NCBI GenBank assembly: GCA_965261595.1
Contig: CBDHDG010000007.1
Coordinates: forward strand, 32,001 to 96,000
Direction of reading: 5' to 3'
Origin: a bacterium
Lineage (GTDB): Bacteria > UBA8248 > JACPRG01 > G963555815
Length of the DNA stretch: 64,000 bases
Positions 50,586 to 61,539 of this stretch are shown in pieces. The notes beneath the pieces are model-generated. The model was not told where the DNA came from and did not search any database. It saw only the letters and a list, made by a program, of their open reading frames with translations. Position 1 is the stretch's first letter, and every line of letters starts with the position of its first letter. Made by a program: the position numbers and the translations under genes.

Positions 50586-51482
50586 ATGATCATTGACAGC
50601 CATTCCCACATCGGCGACTACGGGGGTGTTTGGAGCAAGAAGATGGTGGACTCTCTCATGCCCCAGTTCGGCAGGTGGGATTACTGGATGGATCCCAGCC
50701 GGAAATGGCGTCCTGAGGATTTTCACATCGATCCCGACCGCTATGTCGAATACATGGACAAGACCGGCATCGACATGGCGGTCATTTTTGGGTTGGCGAT
50801 CACCCACTTAGAATGCTCCACGACCGCCGAGTACGTGGCAGACATCGTCTCGCGGTATCAAAACCGCTTTATCGGGTTCCACGTGGTCGATCCGATTGGA
50901 GGCCTCAAGGCCGTCGAAGAAATTGACCACGCGGTGAAAGATCTCGCCTTGAAGGGAATCAAGATCTTTCCGGCCTACAACGAAGTTGCGCCCAACGACC
51001 CCCGGCTCTTCCCCATCTATGAAAGATGTCTCGCGCTCGATATCCCCATCACCGTCCACATGGGTTACACGACGACGGCGAGAGCGATGCTGGAATTCCA
51101 AAGGCCGACCCTTTTGGATGAGATCGGGCTCCTTTTTCCCGGTCTCAAGCTCATTGTTGCTCACTTGGGCTGTCAATGGTCCTATGAGACGTTGATGCTC
51201 ATGGAAAAGTATCCCAGTTTTTATGCGGATGCCTCCATGATCTATTTCCCTATCGATCATATCGCGAGAACCTTGTCCTGGGCCAAACATTTCGAAAGCA
51301 TCACGCGTATCATCTACGGTTCCGACTATCCATTGCTGGATCCCGGAGCAGGCATCCAAATATTCCGCAGAGTTCCCGAATACACGGAGAAAGCAGGCAT
51401 TGAACCCGCCGTAACCGACGATGATATCGATTTGGTTCTCGGCCGGAACGCCGCGCAGCTGTTCGATGTATCGGCGCGCTGA
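50586..51482 (+). CDS. Amidohydrolase_2 family protein
   Basis: IIDSHSH, GIKIFP, VHMG, AHLG, YGSDYP. Confidence 0.92.
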   Translation: MIIDSHSHIGDYGGVWSKKMVDSLMPQFGRWDYWMDPSRKWRPEDFHIDPDRYVEYMDKTGIDMAVIFGLAITHLECSTTAEYVADIVSRYQNRFIGFHVVDPIGGLKAVEEIDHAVKDLALKGIKIFPAYNEVAPNDPRLFPIYERCLALDIPITVHMGYTTTARAMLEFQRPTLLDEIGLLFPGLKLIVAHLGCQWSYETLMLMEKYPSFYADASMIYFPIDHIARTLSWAKHFESITRIIYGSDYPLLDPGAGIQIFRRVPEYTEKAGIEPAVTDDDIDLVLGRNAAQLFDVSAR

Positions 51483-51669
51483 ATCAGCTTTGGCCGTCTC
51501 CGGAACCGGCGGGATGAAGTGATCCCTCATGAAGACGGACAATTTTGGCGTGATCTGTCAGTCTGAGTGAAAGGAACCGTGATTATGCCTTTGACGCAGT
51601 AAGACACAAGATATAGGTGCGATTTTGAGACACTACATGTTGTGGTTATCCAACAGGAGGGGGTCACTT

Positions 51670-51885
51670 TTAGGGACCCGTGGAACCACATATCCTCCCA
51701 TTGATGATGGCTGGTGGCCCGACGTAAGAGCCCCGAATTTCGAGTGGGATGCGTTTCTTCGGCGGTTTCTTATTCCTTATCCCCATCAAGTAGAAACCCG
51801 CATAGAAGAGAAGATCAATAACCCTAGAGGCTGCTTCGGAGATGAACCATTCAAAAACGTCAAATCCTTCGCATTTTGCTTCCAT
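51670..51885 (-). CDS. Cassette passenger, small hypothetical protein (71 aa)
   Basis: GGAGGA upstream; hydrophobic stretch followed by a basic stretch. Confidence 0.4.
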   Translation of the reverse strand: MEAKCEGFDVFEWFISEAASRVIDLLFYAGFYLMGIRNKKPPKKRIPLEIRGSYVGPPAIINGRICGSTGP

Positions 51886-51978
51886 TGCCCCAGTCCTCCT
51901 TCAAGGTTGGGTGGTGATGGAACCGCAGCGCCAGGGGCGGGATCCCCTGGCGCTGCACTTGTAAATCTTATTTTCCAC

Positions 51979-52329
51979 TTATTTGCACGAGATGAACTCG
52001 CACAACGTCTCAAAAACCTTGAATTCCCCTTCAAAACGGAAAGTCGTAGAGCCAGGGATGCTCTTCAGGTATTGGAATCCTTTTGGATGCTCACTCACCA
52101 TGAAAATACGCCATTTCTCCTTTGCGTTTCGGTATCCAAGTTTATACAAAGCTACCAAATCGCGATCGTCCAACATGCGAAGTATGAGTTTTCTTCGTTC
52201 CAAATCCACATAAGCGGGGCTGTACACCGCACCTTTTCCGATAAAACAGGCCTTGTTGGATTCTCCAGCCATGACGGCGGAAGATGCGATGAGGGCAGTT
52301 GTAAGTATGCAACCGCCGATAGTACGCAT
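51979..52329 (-). CDS. Cassette passenger, putative exported protein (116 aa)
   Basis: Signal-peptide-like MRTIGGCILTTALIASSAVMA. Confidence 0.55.
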   Translation of the reverse strand: MRTIGGCILTTALIASSAVMAGESNKACFIGKGAVYSPAYVDLERRKLILRMLDDRDLVALYKLGYRNAKEKWRIFMVSEHPKGFQYLKSIPGSTTFRFEGEFKVFETLCEFISCK

Positions 52330-52646
52330 GGGCAGACCCCCAGAAAATCGAGGTTGACACGGGCTTGGGGATTTGCTACAAGGAGGGTCTGTGAGGTCCT
52401 CTCTTGTAGCAACGCCCCGGGGTTCCCTCGGGGCTTCCACCCTTTGAAGTTCCATATACCACATGTAGTGGGTCGGATTCAATTTTCGAGGGACCACCAT
52501 ATCTTGTGTCTTACTGCGTCAAGGGCATAATCACGAAAGGAACACGCAAGACATTTATGAGGCATTCGATGAGCCGGACTTAAAATCAGAAAATGAAAAG
52601 CGCCTTCACACGCGAAAACGGGGCGGCACGTTGCCGCCGGGCTTGG

Positions 52647-53684
52647 CTAATTCGCATCCACATCCACGCCCAGATCCCGCATGAACCGGCGGTAGTGCAC
52701 GGCCACGGCGTCCGGGGTTTTGAGATGGAGCTCTTCGGATAGATCCAGGGGCAATTCCCAGGGGCGCTGGTTGTTGACGATGGGCTCGTCCTGGTCGGCG
52801 ATGGAGTCCTTCGTCCTGATGTCTTCCGGGATCCCGCCGCCGTATTCCTGGTCCTCCATCCACATGTCGCTTTGGTCCATCCAGACCGGGCCGTGTTTCA
52901 CTTCCGGCGCATCCAAGTCGTAGTTTCGGGCAATCAGCATATACCGGGTGCTTTCGTTGATGGCGTGGGGAGTGACCGCATAGAAGAATACTTCCGAGTT
53001 GACGTTCTCCTCCGCATTCCACTGATAGATGGTGAAGGGACGGGTCAGCCGGTAGTTGGTGGGTTGGGGGATTGCTTGTACCCCATCAGGGGGTAACGAG
53101 AACAGCAGCGATTCGCCGTCTCGTTTGAACTCTCTTTCCGAGACCAGGGGATGGTTGCGCTCGCCCAAAATTCCCTCGTGTACCCAGGGGAAATGTCCGA
53201 AATCGACGAAGTTCTCCATGGAGCGGGCGGCGCTGCACTTCCAAAATTTCCTCTGCCGAAAGAAGAGTCGGTAGTTGGGGTCTTCGTACAGCGGGAATTC
53301 AGGGATGGTCGCGCGCGGTTTGTCCGATAGGCAAACCCAAACGATGCCGTAGGCCTCCTGGGCGGGATAGGCGGTCAGGCAGGCCTTCTTGGGGATGGGG
53401 TGCTCCGGGGGAATCGAGGGGATTCGGGTGCATTTGCCTTCGGCGTTATAGGCCCAGCCGTGGTAGGCGCAGACAAGATGCTCGCCCTCCACCCATCCCA
53501 GGGAAAGGGGCGTGCCGCGGTGAACGCAGAGGTCGCGGAACGCGCGAACCTCCCCGTTGATCCGACACACGACGACGCGTTCGTCCAGGAGCTTGACGGC
53601 CAGCGGCTTGTCGGTCGCTTCCTTTGACCAGCAGACCGGGTGCCAGTATTCGTGCAACGCGGGCCAGAGCTGGGACTCATCCAT
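52647..53684 (-). CDS. Rieske non-heme iron oxygenase alpha subunit (VanA/demethylase-type)
   Basis: CVHRG, CAYHG, ENFVDFGHFPWVH, QD..IV.NQ. Confidence 0.93.
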   Translation of the reverse strand: MDESQLWPALHEYWHPVCWSKEATDKPLAVKLLDERVVVCRINGEVRAFRDLCVHRGTPLSLGWVEGEHLVCAYHGWAYNAEGKCTRIPSIPPEHPIPKKACLTAYPAQEAYGIVWVCLSDKPRATIPEFPLYEDPNYRLFFRQRKFWKCSAARSMENFVDFGHFPWVHEGILGERNHPLVSEREFKRDGESLLFSLPPDGVQAIPQPTNYRLTRPFTIYQWNAEENVNSEVFFYAVTPHAINESTRYMLIARNYDLDAPEVKHGPVWMDQSDMWMEDQEYGGGIPEDIRTKDSIADQDEPIVNNQRPWELPLDLSEELHLKTPDAVAVHYRRFMRDLGVDVDAN

Positions 53685-53765
53685 CGGGATTTCTCCTGAA
53701 TGATCGGGGTCAGTTCTTGAGTGCGCACTCGGGAAAATTCGCGGGTCTCGTCGTACAGATTGTAC

Positions 53766-53860
53766 CCGGAATTTCCCATCTCAAATCCGGAAAGGCCTGT
53801 GCCTGACCATTCGTTGCCGTTTGACCCATTGGAGCCTTGTCTGGGGGACTTGTCAACACT
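53766..53860 (-). mobile_element. Isolated IS1380 right-end remnant with outward promoter
   Basis: CCGGAATTTCCCAT end; TTGACA-17-TCCAAT at 53856-53828. Confidence 0.65.
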
Positions 53861-54071
53861 ATTTTGGCCTGAGGTATCCCCGGTTTCCTCGCGCCTTCTA
53901 TCCCTACATGCCTCACCGTAATTCAGAGGCTCAAGAAACGGGAGATCACTGATGGCGGAATACTCGTTGACAATGCTCCAGGATTGGGTGAACATGAATG
54001 CATGCGATGGGTGTGTAACCGTCAAGATGGGTGAAGGGAAACGACCTTCATCTGAGCGAATGGAGGGAACG

Positions 54072-55073
54072 ATGAAGGGTCAAATACTTTGGAAACGGAT
54101 TTTGGGGAGCGTGGTCGCGAGCGCGGTGGTGACGGGTTTGCTGCTCGGCCCTGCGGCGGCGGCGGAAAAGCTCCGCATCGCCATCGGGTTTAACGGCTCC
54201 ATGAAGGACAAGGGCTGGTACGAGGGGGCCTACGATGCGGCGAAGCGGCTCAAGATGGACCCCGCCGTGGTTGAGGTCGCATACCAGGAGAACATCAAGA
54301 ACGCCGACATCGAAGGGGCCATGCGACGATGGGCGGTGGAGGGATATAACCTCATATTCGGGCACAGTTACGAGTTCGGAGAACCGGCGCGCAAACTGGC
54401 CAAGGAGTTTCCCAACACCATCTTCGCCATTCCCTTCTTTTTCAATACGAAAGGGTTTCCCAATGTGGTGAATTACGGGGCCCAGTCGTTGGACATCGTG
54501 TTTGCGGCGGGCTCGCTGGCGGCGTTGATGAGCAAGACAAAGAAGATTGGGGTCATCGGGGGGCATCCGGTTCCGCACAAGATTGCCGAACACAACGGCT
54601 ACAAGCTGGGGGCGCGGCATGTAGTGCCGGATATCAAGATCTCGAGTGTGTTCATCAACGATTGGTTTGACGCCTCTAAGGCGAAGGAGGCGGCGATCGC
54701 GATGATCGAGCAAGGTGTGGACGTGGTCTACGTGACCGCCAGTCCCATGGGCATCGGCGGGATCTATGGTGCACAAGAAAAGGGGGTGTACGCAATCGGG
54801 ACGTACATGGACTGGAGGTCTCTGGCGCCGGATAACGTGATCTCCAGTGTGGTGTACGTTTGGGACGTTCCAATGCAACAGATCCTCAAAGACATGAAGC
54901 GGGGTAAGGTTAGGAAGGAATACCTGCTGGGTGTAGCGGCCGGCGCAGCGATACTGGCGCCGTTCAGCAAGAAGGTTCCCCCCGAGGTGGTCGAGAAGGT
55001 CCGGGCGGTGGAGGAAGGCATCAAGGCCGGGAAGATCAAGGTGCCTTACTTGCCAAAGAAGGAGATCAGCTGA
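54072..55073 (+). CDS. BMP-family ABC transporter substrate-binding protein
   Basis: D.GWY, IFGHSYEF, SKTKKIG.IGG, IEQGVDV. Confidence 0.9.
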   Translation: MKGQILWKRILGSVVASAVVTGLLLGPAAAAEKLRIAIGFNGSMKDKGWYEGAYDAAKRLKMDPAVVEVAYQENIKNADIEGAMRRWAVEGYNLIFGHSYEFGEPARKLAKEFPNTIFAIPFFFNTKGFPNVVNYGAQSLDIVFAAGSLAALMSKTKKIGVIGGHPVPHKIAEHNGYKLGARHVVPDIKISSVFINDWFDASKAKEAAIAMIEQGVDVVYVTASPMGIGGIYGAQEKGVYAIGTYMDWRSLAPDNVISSVVYVWDVPMQQILKDMKRGKVRKEYLLGVAAGAAILAPFSKKVPPEVVEKVRAVEEGIKAGKIKVPYLPKKEIS

Positions 55074-55843
55074 CGCGTTAGCGGGTTGCGGAAAAAAGAG
55101 TTTCAGGGGCGTGAAATGCCCCCAGGTGCCATTCCGATGGCAGAGATGAATTTCCAGCGGAGTGAGCCCGATTCACCCAACTGTTTCAAAACAACCCGCG
55201 ATTTCCCAGATGAAAAGAGGTTAGCGAGCCTCCTGTATTCGTGTGACTTGACGGTGGCCCATCTTACCTGTGATTGAGGGTCTCTGTTGGCAGAATCATC
55301 TGCTCAATCAAGAGTTTACGGTCGTTGTCAAGCCGTAATCCCTTGCAAACGAAGGTCTGCCGTCACGCTCATGGATGAGCGCCATCGCCCCTCCTGCCTC
55401 CCAATGATAATCAGTTAGTCATCCTTACTATCTATGCCGACACGCAAGAACACGATAATAGAGGCCCGTTTGTCCCCCGGTTCATATACCGTGATCCATG
55501 ATTGATTCGTCATACCTCTTGGGGGTCCCCGGGGGCCTCGACAGGGCGAATATTGGACCCTAGCTTGTCATTCAGTCAGGCGATGCTACCTAACAGATAA
55601 TAGGTAAGGATAGAACGGCCGAGCTTTGCCACCTCACAAGATTATCTCACAATAATAATAAATAACTATTGACAGATGATAAGAAGGTATTATCCCCGGT
55701 TGTGGGAGCCGTGGAAACCCTGCTGCAATTCAATCGACAATTCGAGAAAGCCCCCGTTCGGAAGGGGCACACGTCCACGGCTCCCAAGCTTGGACCGTTT
55801 CTTCCATATGGCCGGGGGCTTTTCTTTCCTGGGAGCCGTGGCA

Positions 55844-56640
55844 ATGCAGAAACTAGGACCGAAGGCACAAGCCGCAATTGATGAAGTGCTGTTTCGCTTT
55901 GAGCGGGGAGACCTGTCGCCGGTTACGGAGATTCTCCGTATTCGGCGCAAGGGCGGGGAGCGTCCGTCTAATTCCTGGACGTTTGCGAACCAAGTCCTCT
56001 CTTTCGTCACGCCCGGCTCATTGGACGCAAGGGGCATTCGTCAATGGAACGAAGCCGGGCGGAAGGTCCGGAAGGGAAGCAAGGCCGGGTTCATCCTGAT
56101 TCCCGTCACGCGGAAGATTCAAGAGGGAGATCCGCAAACCGGGGAGACTGTCGAACGGTCCCTTCCCATCGGTTTCAAGTCTTGCCCCATCTTCGGTATC
56201 GAATCGACAGAGGGCGAACCCGTCACTCTCCCGGACTACACTCCTGCCGAGTTATCGCCGTTGATGAACGTCGCCGAATCCTGGAATGTCTCCGTCATGT
56301 AGACCCCGGACCTTCCCTCTCGGTATCTCGGATGGTACAGGCACGGAGAGCGGGAAATTGCGCTTGCCACGGAAGATGAACGGCTGTTCTTCCATAAACT
56401 GGCGCATGGGGCGCACAGCCGGATCGAAGGTCCGAATCTGCGGAATAGGCAAGATCCCCGCCGTGAGGCTGTCGCCGAATTCAGCGCATGCGTCCTGATG
56501 GCCTTGTACGGCTTGCGGGGCACGACGGGCGAATCCTGGCAGTACATCAAGGAGCTACCACAAAGATCCGTTCAAGGCACTCTACAAGGTGTTGAACGAC
56601 TGCAAGGCGGTGATCGATGAAATCCTGATGGAAGGGAGAC
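55844..56640 (+). pseudogene. ArdC-like antirestriction protein pseudogene
   Basis: ARG.RQWNEAGRKVRKGSKA..ILIP, TEG; in-frame TAG at 56300-56302, then FHKLAH..H and EAVAEFSA; a further frameshift near 56555. Confidence 0.7.
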
Positions 56641-56732
56641 GGGCTGCAAGCCCAACAGCAAGCCGGTTGAGAGACAGCCCCGGACGGCTCCCCGTATGTC
56701 TGTGGGGAGCCGTCCTTACTGGAGACGGTTCA

Positions 56733-57596
56733 ATGGAAACGATTGGACTTTACCGCTCAGAACACGTCTGGATCGCCGACTTCGGGGAAGATGGGGTTTT
56801 CCCCCTTCCCTTCACCCGGAACACTTCCTCGTCTGTGGTCCCGGCGCACGTCATTGAGCGCAACCCGGACGCGGAGGTTTTCTGTGACTTCATCGGAGAA
56901 AGCGCGCAGCGGGCAACCTTCACCCGTTCAGATGTTTATCGACACGATTTCCGAAATGCCCTCGATGCAGAGCGAGAGGGGGGCCGCATGACAAGCCCAT
57001 TCATTCAGATCATCCGCAAGCCGGGCGGAATCAGCCCTTGTCGATCAAGCGCATCGTCGGACTGGATGGAATTGGGCCGCGAGTATCGCCGGGCCGGACA
57101 TCAGGGAGTGGTCTACGCGAACGGCGCGAACGGTCGAGCGGCTGATGAACTGCTGGCGGACCTGGACCCGGAGATTCAAGCGACCGTCCTGAACAATGCG
57201 GAAACGAATCACCCGCTCCTGGACGCACTCTCAAGAGAACTGAACCACCTACCAGACCGATACACAGGGACAGGGACCCGCTTCGACCTTGAGGCTGAGA
57301 ACGAGCGTCTACGGGAAGAAATTCAAGCCCTGGAAAGCCGCCTCACGCTCCTTGACCCGGACCCGGACGAAGCCCCCCGGATGGAAGAAATCTCGTCTGA
57401 GGCCATCCGTGACGCCAGAGCCGCCTTGAATCCCACCCAAGAGCAAGCCGCCCGACGCCTGGGTGTGGCCCCTCTCAGCTTGAGCCGATGGGAGAACGGG
57501 CGGACGAAACCAACGTCTCCGGCTCACGTCCGGGCATTGGTCGCCATGCTGAACGAAGCGCAGGCGGGCATGACTTCCGAAGCAACCCCGTTTTGA
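56733..57596 (+). CDS. Hypothetical protein with C-terminal XRE HTH (may be two fused genes)
   Basis: IRDAR..LNPTQEQAARRLGV..LSRWENG..KP; alternative start at 56988. Confidence 0.55.
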   Translation: METIGLYRSEHVWIADFGEDGVFPLPFTRNTSSSVVPAHVIERNPDAEVFCDFIGESAQRATFTRSDVYRHDFRNALDAEREGGRMTSPFIQIIRKPGGISPCRSSASSDWMELGREYRRAGHQGVVYANGANGRAADELLADLDPEIQATVLNNAETNHPLLDALSRELNHLPDRYTGTGTRFDLEAENERLREEIQALESRLTLLDPDPDEAPRMEEISSEAIRDARAALNPTQEQAARRLGVAPLSLSRWENGRTKPTSPAHVRALVAMLNEAQAGMTSEATPF

Positions 57597-57793
57597 GGAA
57601 TGAACCATGAAGCGGAACGATCCTGAACATCCCGATCAACTTGAAAACCGGGGACAGATTCGGCTCATGGCGGACATGGGGCCGCGTCGGATTCCGAAGT
57701 GGAGAGAATCGAAGCCGGACAAGGGGGCCGATGACCTTCCCTTGTTCGCCCAAACCGATGATCGGCAAATCGAGATTCGGGGGAGAAATCACC

Positions 57794-58756
57794 ATGAACG
57801 AAACCGCCGTTTCCATTCTCAATCCGCCGTCCCCTCCGGTCCCGAGACCGGATGCAAACCGCCTCGTTGACGCCTTTTGGAGCGGGCGGAATGAACGGAC
57901 CCTTGCAGCGCACCGGGGAGACCTTGAGGACATCCGCTCCTTCACGGAAGCGGAAACCCTCGACGAAGCCGCGGGGCTTCTCCTGGGCCGGGGGCATGGC
58001 GAAGCGAACGGGCTTGCACTGGCCTACAAGTCAGCCCTGGTGGACCGGGGGCTTTCCCCCTCGTCCGTCAATCGACGCTTGGCCGCCTTGCGTTCACTCG
58101 TGAAACTGGCCCGGACCCTGGCCGCATGATTCCCTGGACGCTGGAATTTCGAACGTCAAGGCGCAACCTTACCGGGACACGCGGGGGCCTGGGCGCAATG
58201 GATTCGTTCTCACGCTGGAAGCGCTGGACAAGCGGGAGGGGAAAAAGGCCATCCGGGACCGGGCCATCATCCGGCTGCTGTATGACCTGGGCCTGCGCCG
58301 GGCGGAAGTGGTCTCCCTGGACGTTGAGGACGTGGACCTTGAGGGCGGGGCCGTCGCCGTCATGGGGGAAAAGGGCGGTCGGAGAAAATCCGGCTCGCGC
58401 TTCCGCCTGAGACACAGGCTGCGCTCAGGGATTGGCTCTCTGTGAGGGGTGATGAACCGGGACCGCTTTTCCTGAATTTCGACCGGGCCGGGAAAGGGCC
58501 TCTACAACACGGTTCGGCGGCTCGGGGCGGACCTCGGGATCAAGGTGTAGCCTCCTGGCCTCCGACACGCGGCCATTACCGAAGCCTTGACCTGACCGGC
58601 GGGGACATTCGGAGGGTGCAAAAGTTCTCCCGCCACAGGGATCTACAAACCCTCGTGGTCTATGATGACGCTCGGGTTGACATGGCCGGGGAAGTCGCAA
58701 AGATGGTGGCCGGGAACGGGGGGGACGCTGAGGAATCCTCACAAGGGTACGCTTGA
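57794..58756 (+). pseudogene. Tyrosine recombinase pseudogene, multiple frameshifts
   Basis: SVNRRLAALRS, RDRAIIRLLYDLGLRRAE, GLRHAAIT, FSRH..LQTLVVY spread over different frames. Confidence 0.85.
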
Positions 58757-58823
58757 TTGGGACTTCAGATTATTGGTCTTACGACGGAAGTAGATATAGA
58801 CACCGCAAGGCCACAGTAGAAGA

Positions 58824-59955
58824 TGGAGTTGACCCGGTTTGGTGGACACCTGATGATTTGGGGGTAAAGGAGGTGTTCACGATGCCACAGACTCACCCAC
58901 GCTATCCAATGGAGTTCCGCTGCCAGATGGTAGAGTTGGTCCGGGCGGGACGCACGCCCGAGGCGCTGGCGCACGAGTTCGAGCCCTCGGCGCAGACGAT
59001 CCGCACCTGGGCCCATCAAGCCGACGTTGACGAGGGGCGTCGCAAAGACGGGCTCACGAGCGATGAGCGGGAGGAGTTGCGCCGACTTCGCCGCGAGAAC
59101 CGACAGCTCCGCCAGGAGCGGGAGATCTTAGCAAAAGCCGCGGCCTGGTTTGCTCGGGAGACCGATTCGATCCCGTCCGGATCTACGGGTTCGTGAGGGC
59201 GAACCAGGCCATGTATCGGACCGCCACCATGTGCCGGGTGCTGGGCGTCTCCTCCAGCGGCTACTACGCGTGGCGCAGGCGCGCGCCGTGTGCCCGCTCG
59301 TGTGCCGATCGGGCGCTCACCAAACGCATTCAGGCGATCCACGAGCGTTCTCGGGGGACTTACGGCGTGCCGCGCGTCCATGCCGAGTTGGAGGCTGAGG
59401 GAGTGCGTGTGGGCCGCAAGCGCGTCGCCAGGCTGATGCGTGGGGCGGGACTTGCGGGCGTCAGTCGGCGCAAGGGAGCGCGCACGACGCAGCGCCGGCA
59501 GGAGGCGCGGCCGGCCCCTGATCTGGTGGACCGCAACTTCACGGCCGAGGCCCCCGACCGGCTGTGGGTGGCCGACATCACCTACGTTCCGACATGGGCG
59601 GGGTTTTTGTATCTGGCCGTGGCGCTCGATGCGTTCAGCCGGCGCATCGTGGGGTGGTCGATGGCCACACACCTGCGGGCCGAGTTGGTGCTCGACGCGC
59701 TCGACATGGCGCTGTATAAGCGCCGTCCCCGGGCCGTCATCCACCACTCCGACCAGGGCACGCAGTACACCTCGGTCGCCTTTGGGCAGCGCTGCCGGCA
59801 GGCGGGCGGGCGTCCCTCCATGGGTTCGGTCGGGGACTGCTACGACAACGCGCTGTGTGAGAGCTTTTTCGCCACGCTGGAGTGCGAGCTCCTCGCTCGC
59901 CACAGTTTCCGCACCCGGGCCGAGGCGCGCATGGAGGTGTTCGGGTTCATCGAGG
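58824..59955 (+). mobile_element. IS3-family element related to 19813-21222, 3'-truncated (orfA 58882-59196, orfB from 59193)
   Basis: IRL TGGAGTTGACCCGGTTTGGTGGACA; WVADITY, HHSDQG, DNALCESFF; cut at FGFIE by the next IS. Confidence 0.9.
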
Positions 59956-61359
59956 TGGACCGCCCCTGGGTTATTGGACACTCGGGTGAGGGTATTCGAC
60001 CTCATGCGGCCTCCGCAACTTGAGCGAGTTTTTCCTGCCTTGCCTGGGCCGGCGTTCGGTAGCCGTAGCCCTCGAGAATCCAATGATGGTTGTACAGGTT
60101 CTTGAACTCAAGCAGCGCCCACCGCAGTTCCTCTACGGTGGCGAAAGAGCGCACCCACAGGAGATTCTCCTTCAAGATGCGGATAAACCACTCACAGTAG
60201 CCATTTCCCTCGGGCGCCCGCACGAAGCTGGGCGAACTGGTCATGCCCAGGTAGGCGATCTCCCGCTGAAAGTCATCGGACAGATAGGCGGGGCCGTGGT
60301 CGTGACGAACTTTAAGCCCCTCGGCGACGTCCGCCTCCAAGCCGGCGAAGCGCTCGGCGACCCCCTGCCGGATCGGCTCCAGGGCCTCGAAGCGGTTGCC
60401 GCTCTTGGCCGCATGGATCCCCACGCAGTCCACCGAGCAGTGATCCACCGCCACGAACACCGAGGCCATCCCCTCCTCGGTGGTCACCGTCGTCGTCATG
60501 TGCGTGCCCCACATTCGGTCGGGCCGCTCGGTGCGGATGGTCCCGTTGTGGGCCTTGGGACCTCGGGGTTTGCCCACCCGGTGGGGGGCCTGAAGCCCCG
60601 CCTCCCGCATCAGGCGACGCACCCGCTCCTTGCTGGTGCGGATGCCCGCGAAGCGCAGCCTCGCCCACACCTTGCGGTAGCCCTCGCCATGGAAGGGAGA
60701 GTCCTCCAGGACCTGCCGGATGTGGCCGAGGAGTTCCGCATCGGTGCACGGGCCCACAGGGCCGCGCTTATTGGGCGTGGGGCGTTCATGAACGGGGACC
60801 GCCTCTCGCCGCCGTTGCGCGTAGACCGTGGAGCGCGCCAAGCCCCAAAGGGCGCACACCCGCTTCAGGCCGTAGGCTCTGCCCGTGGAGGTGAAGCGGG
60901 CCTGACTCATCGCCTCCACCTCCTGCCGGCTAAAGGGCGGCCGGCCTCCAGGCGGTCGATCTTCTCCCGCAGGACCTCGCCCTCCATCGTGAGTTCGCCC
61001 ACCTTGGCCTTGAGCCGGGCGTTCTCCTCGGCCCGCTCATCCGCCGGGCGGGCTTTGAGCGCCGCCTCGCCCCCGCGAAGGAACGCCTCGCGCCAGGCGG
61101 AAAGCCGAGCCGCTGTCGTGCCCAACTCGCGGCAGAGCGTCTCCAGGCTCTCGCCCCGCAAAAGACGCAGGACCGCCTCCCGCTTGCGCTGGCAGGAGAA
61201 CCGACCCCGCTCACTGCGATGCCCTGGGGCCTTGGCTCCGTTCGCCCTGCGGGCGCCCTCCGCCAAAGCCCCCTCTTGCTTTTGTTCGTTCATCGCGACA
61301 CCCCTTTCTCCATGAATCATGGATCAATCGAGTGTCCAACAAAACCCTAGAGCGGGGGA
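59956..61359 (-). mobile_element. IS3-family element, copy 2 of 44603-46006
   Basis: Same 1404-bp length and ends; only a few substitutions seen; no TSD. Confidence 0.93.
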
Positions 61360-61482
61360 CCTGTTCGCTGCACATTTAGCGGTATGCCCAGATATACAGA
61401 GATACATTGGAGCGGCGGACAATCCCGCATGGTTATTGACAATTCCTTGACCTTGCTCGGATTCCGTATCCTCCATTCTCTT

Positions 61483-61539
61483 GATTCAGGGTCTAGTGGG
61501 GGAAACCCCGTGGGAGTTCGAGTCTCCCCTTCGGCACCA
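61483..61539 (+). other. 3' half of tRNA-Leu(CAG), probable att-site scar
   Basis: GATTCAGGGTCTAG anticodon loop, long variable arm GGG-AAA-CCC, T-arm GGGAG-TTCGAGT-CTCCC, CTTCGGCACCA; 5' acceptor strand and D-arm absent. Confidence 0.85.

Larger units (their letters stand above)
51578..52535. mobile_element. Non-autonomous IS1595-type cassette (958 bp, no transposase)
   Basis: ~40-bp IRs CGTGATTATGCC[T/C]TTGACGCAGTAAGACACAAGATAT; 8-bp TSD AAAGGAAC (51570-51577, 52536-52543). Confidence 0.88.

Noticed and set aside
51625..52530. 301-aa plus-strand ORF spanning the cassette
   Set aside because: TTG start without RBS, runs through the IR and hairpins, no transposase motifs; the minus-strand ORFs are more plausible, though this one is not fully excluded.
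46007..59955. Inversion between IS copies 1 and 2
   Set aside because: Copy 1 retains its matched TSD and both parts of its target gene.
61450..61539. Complete tRNA-Leu gene
   Set aside because: The required 5' GCCGAAG strand and D-arm are missing.
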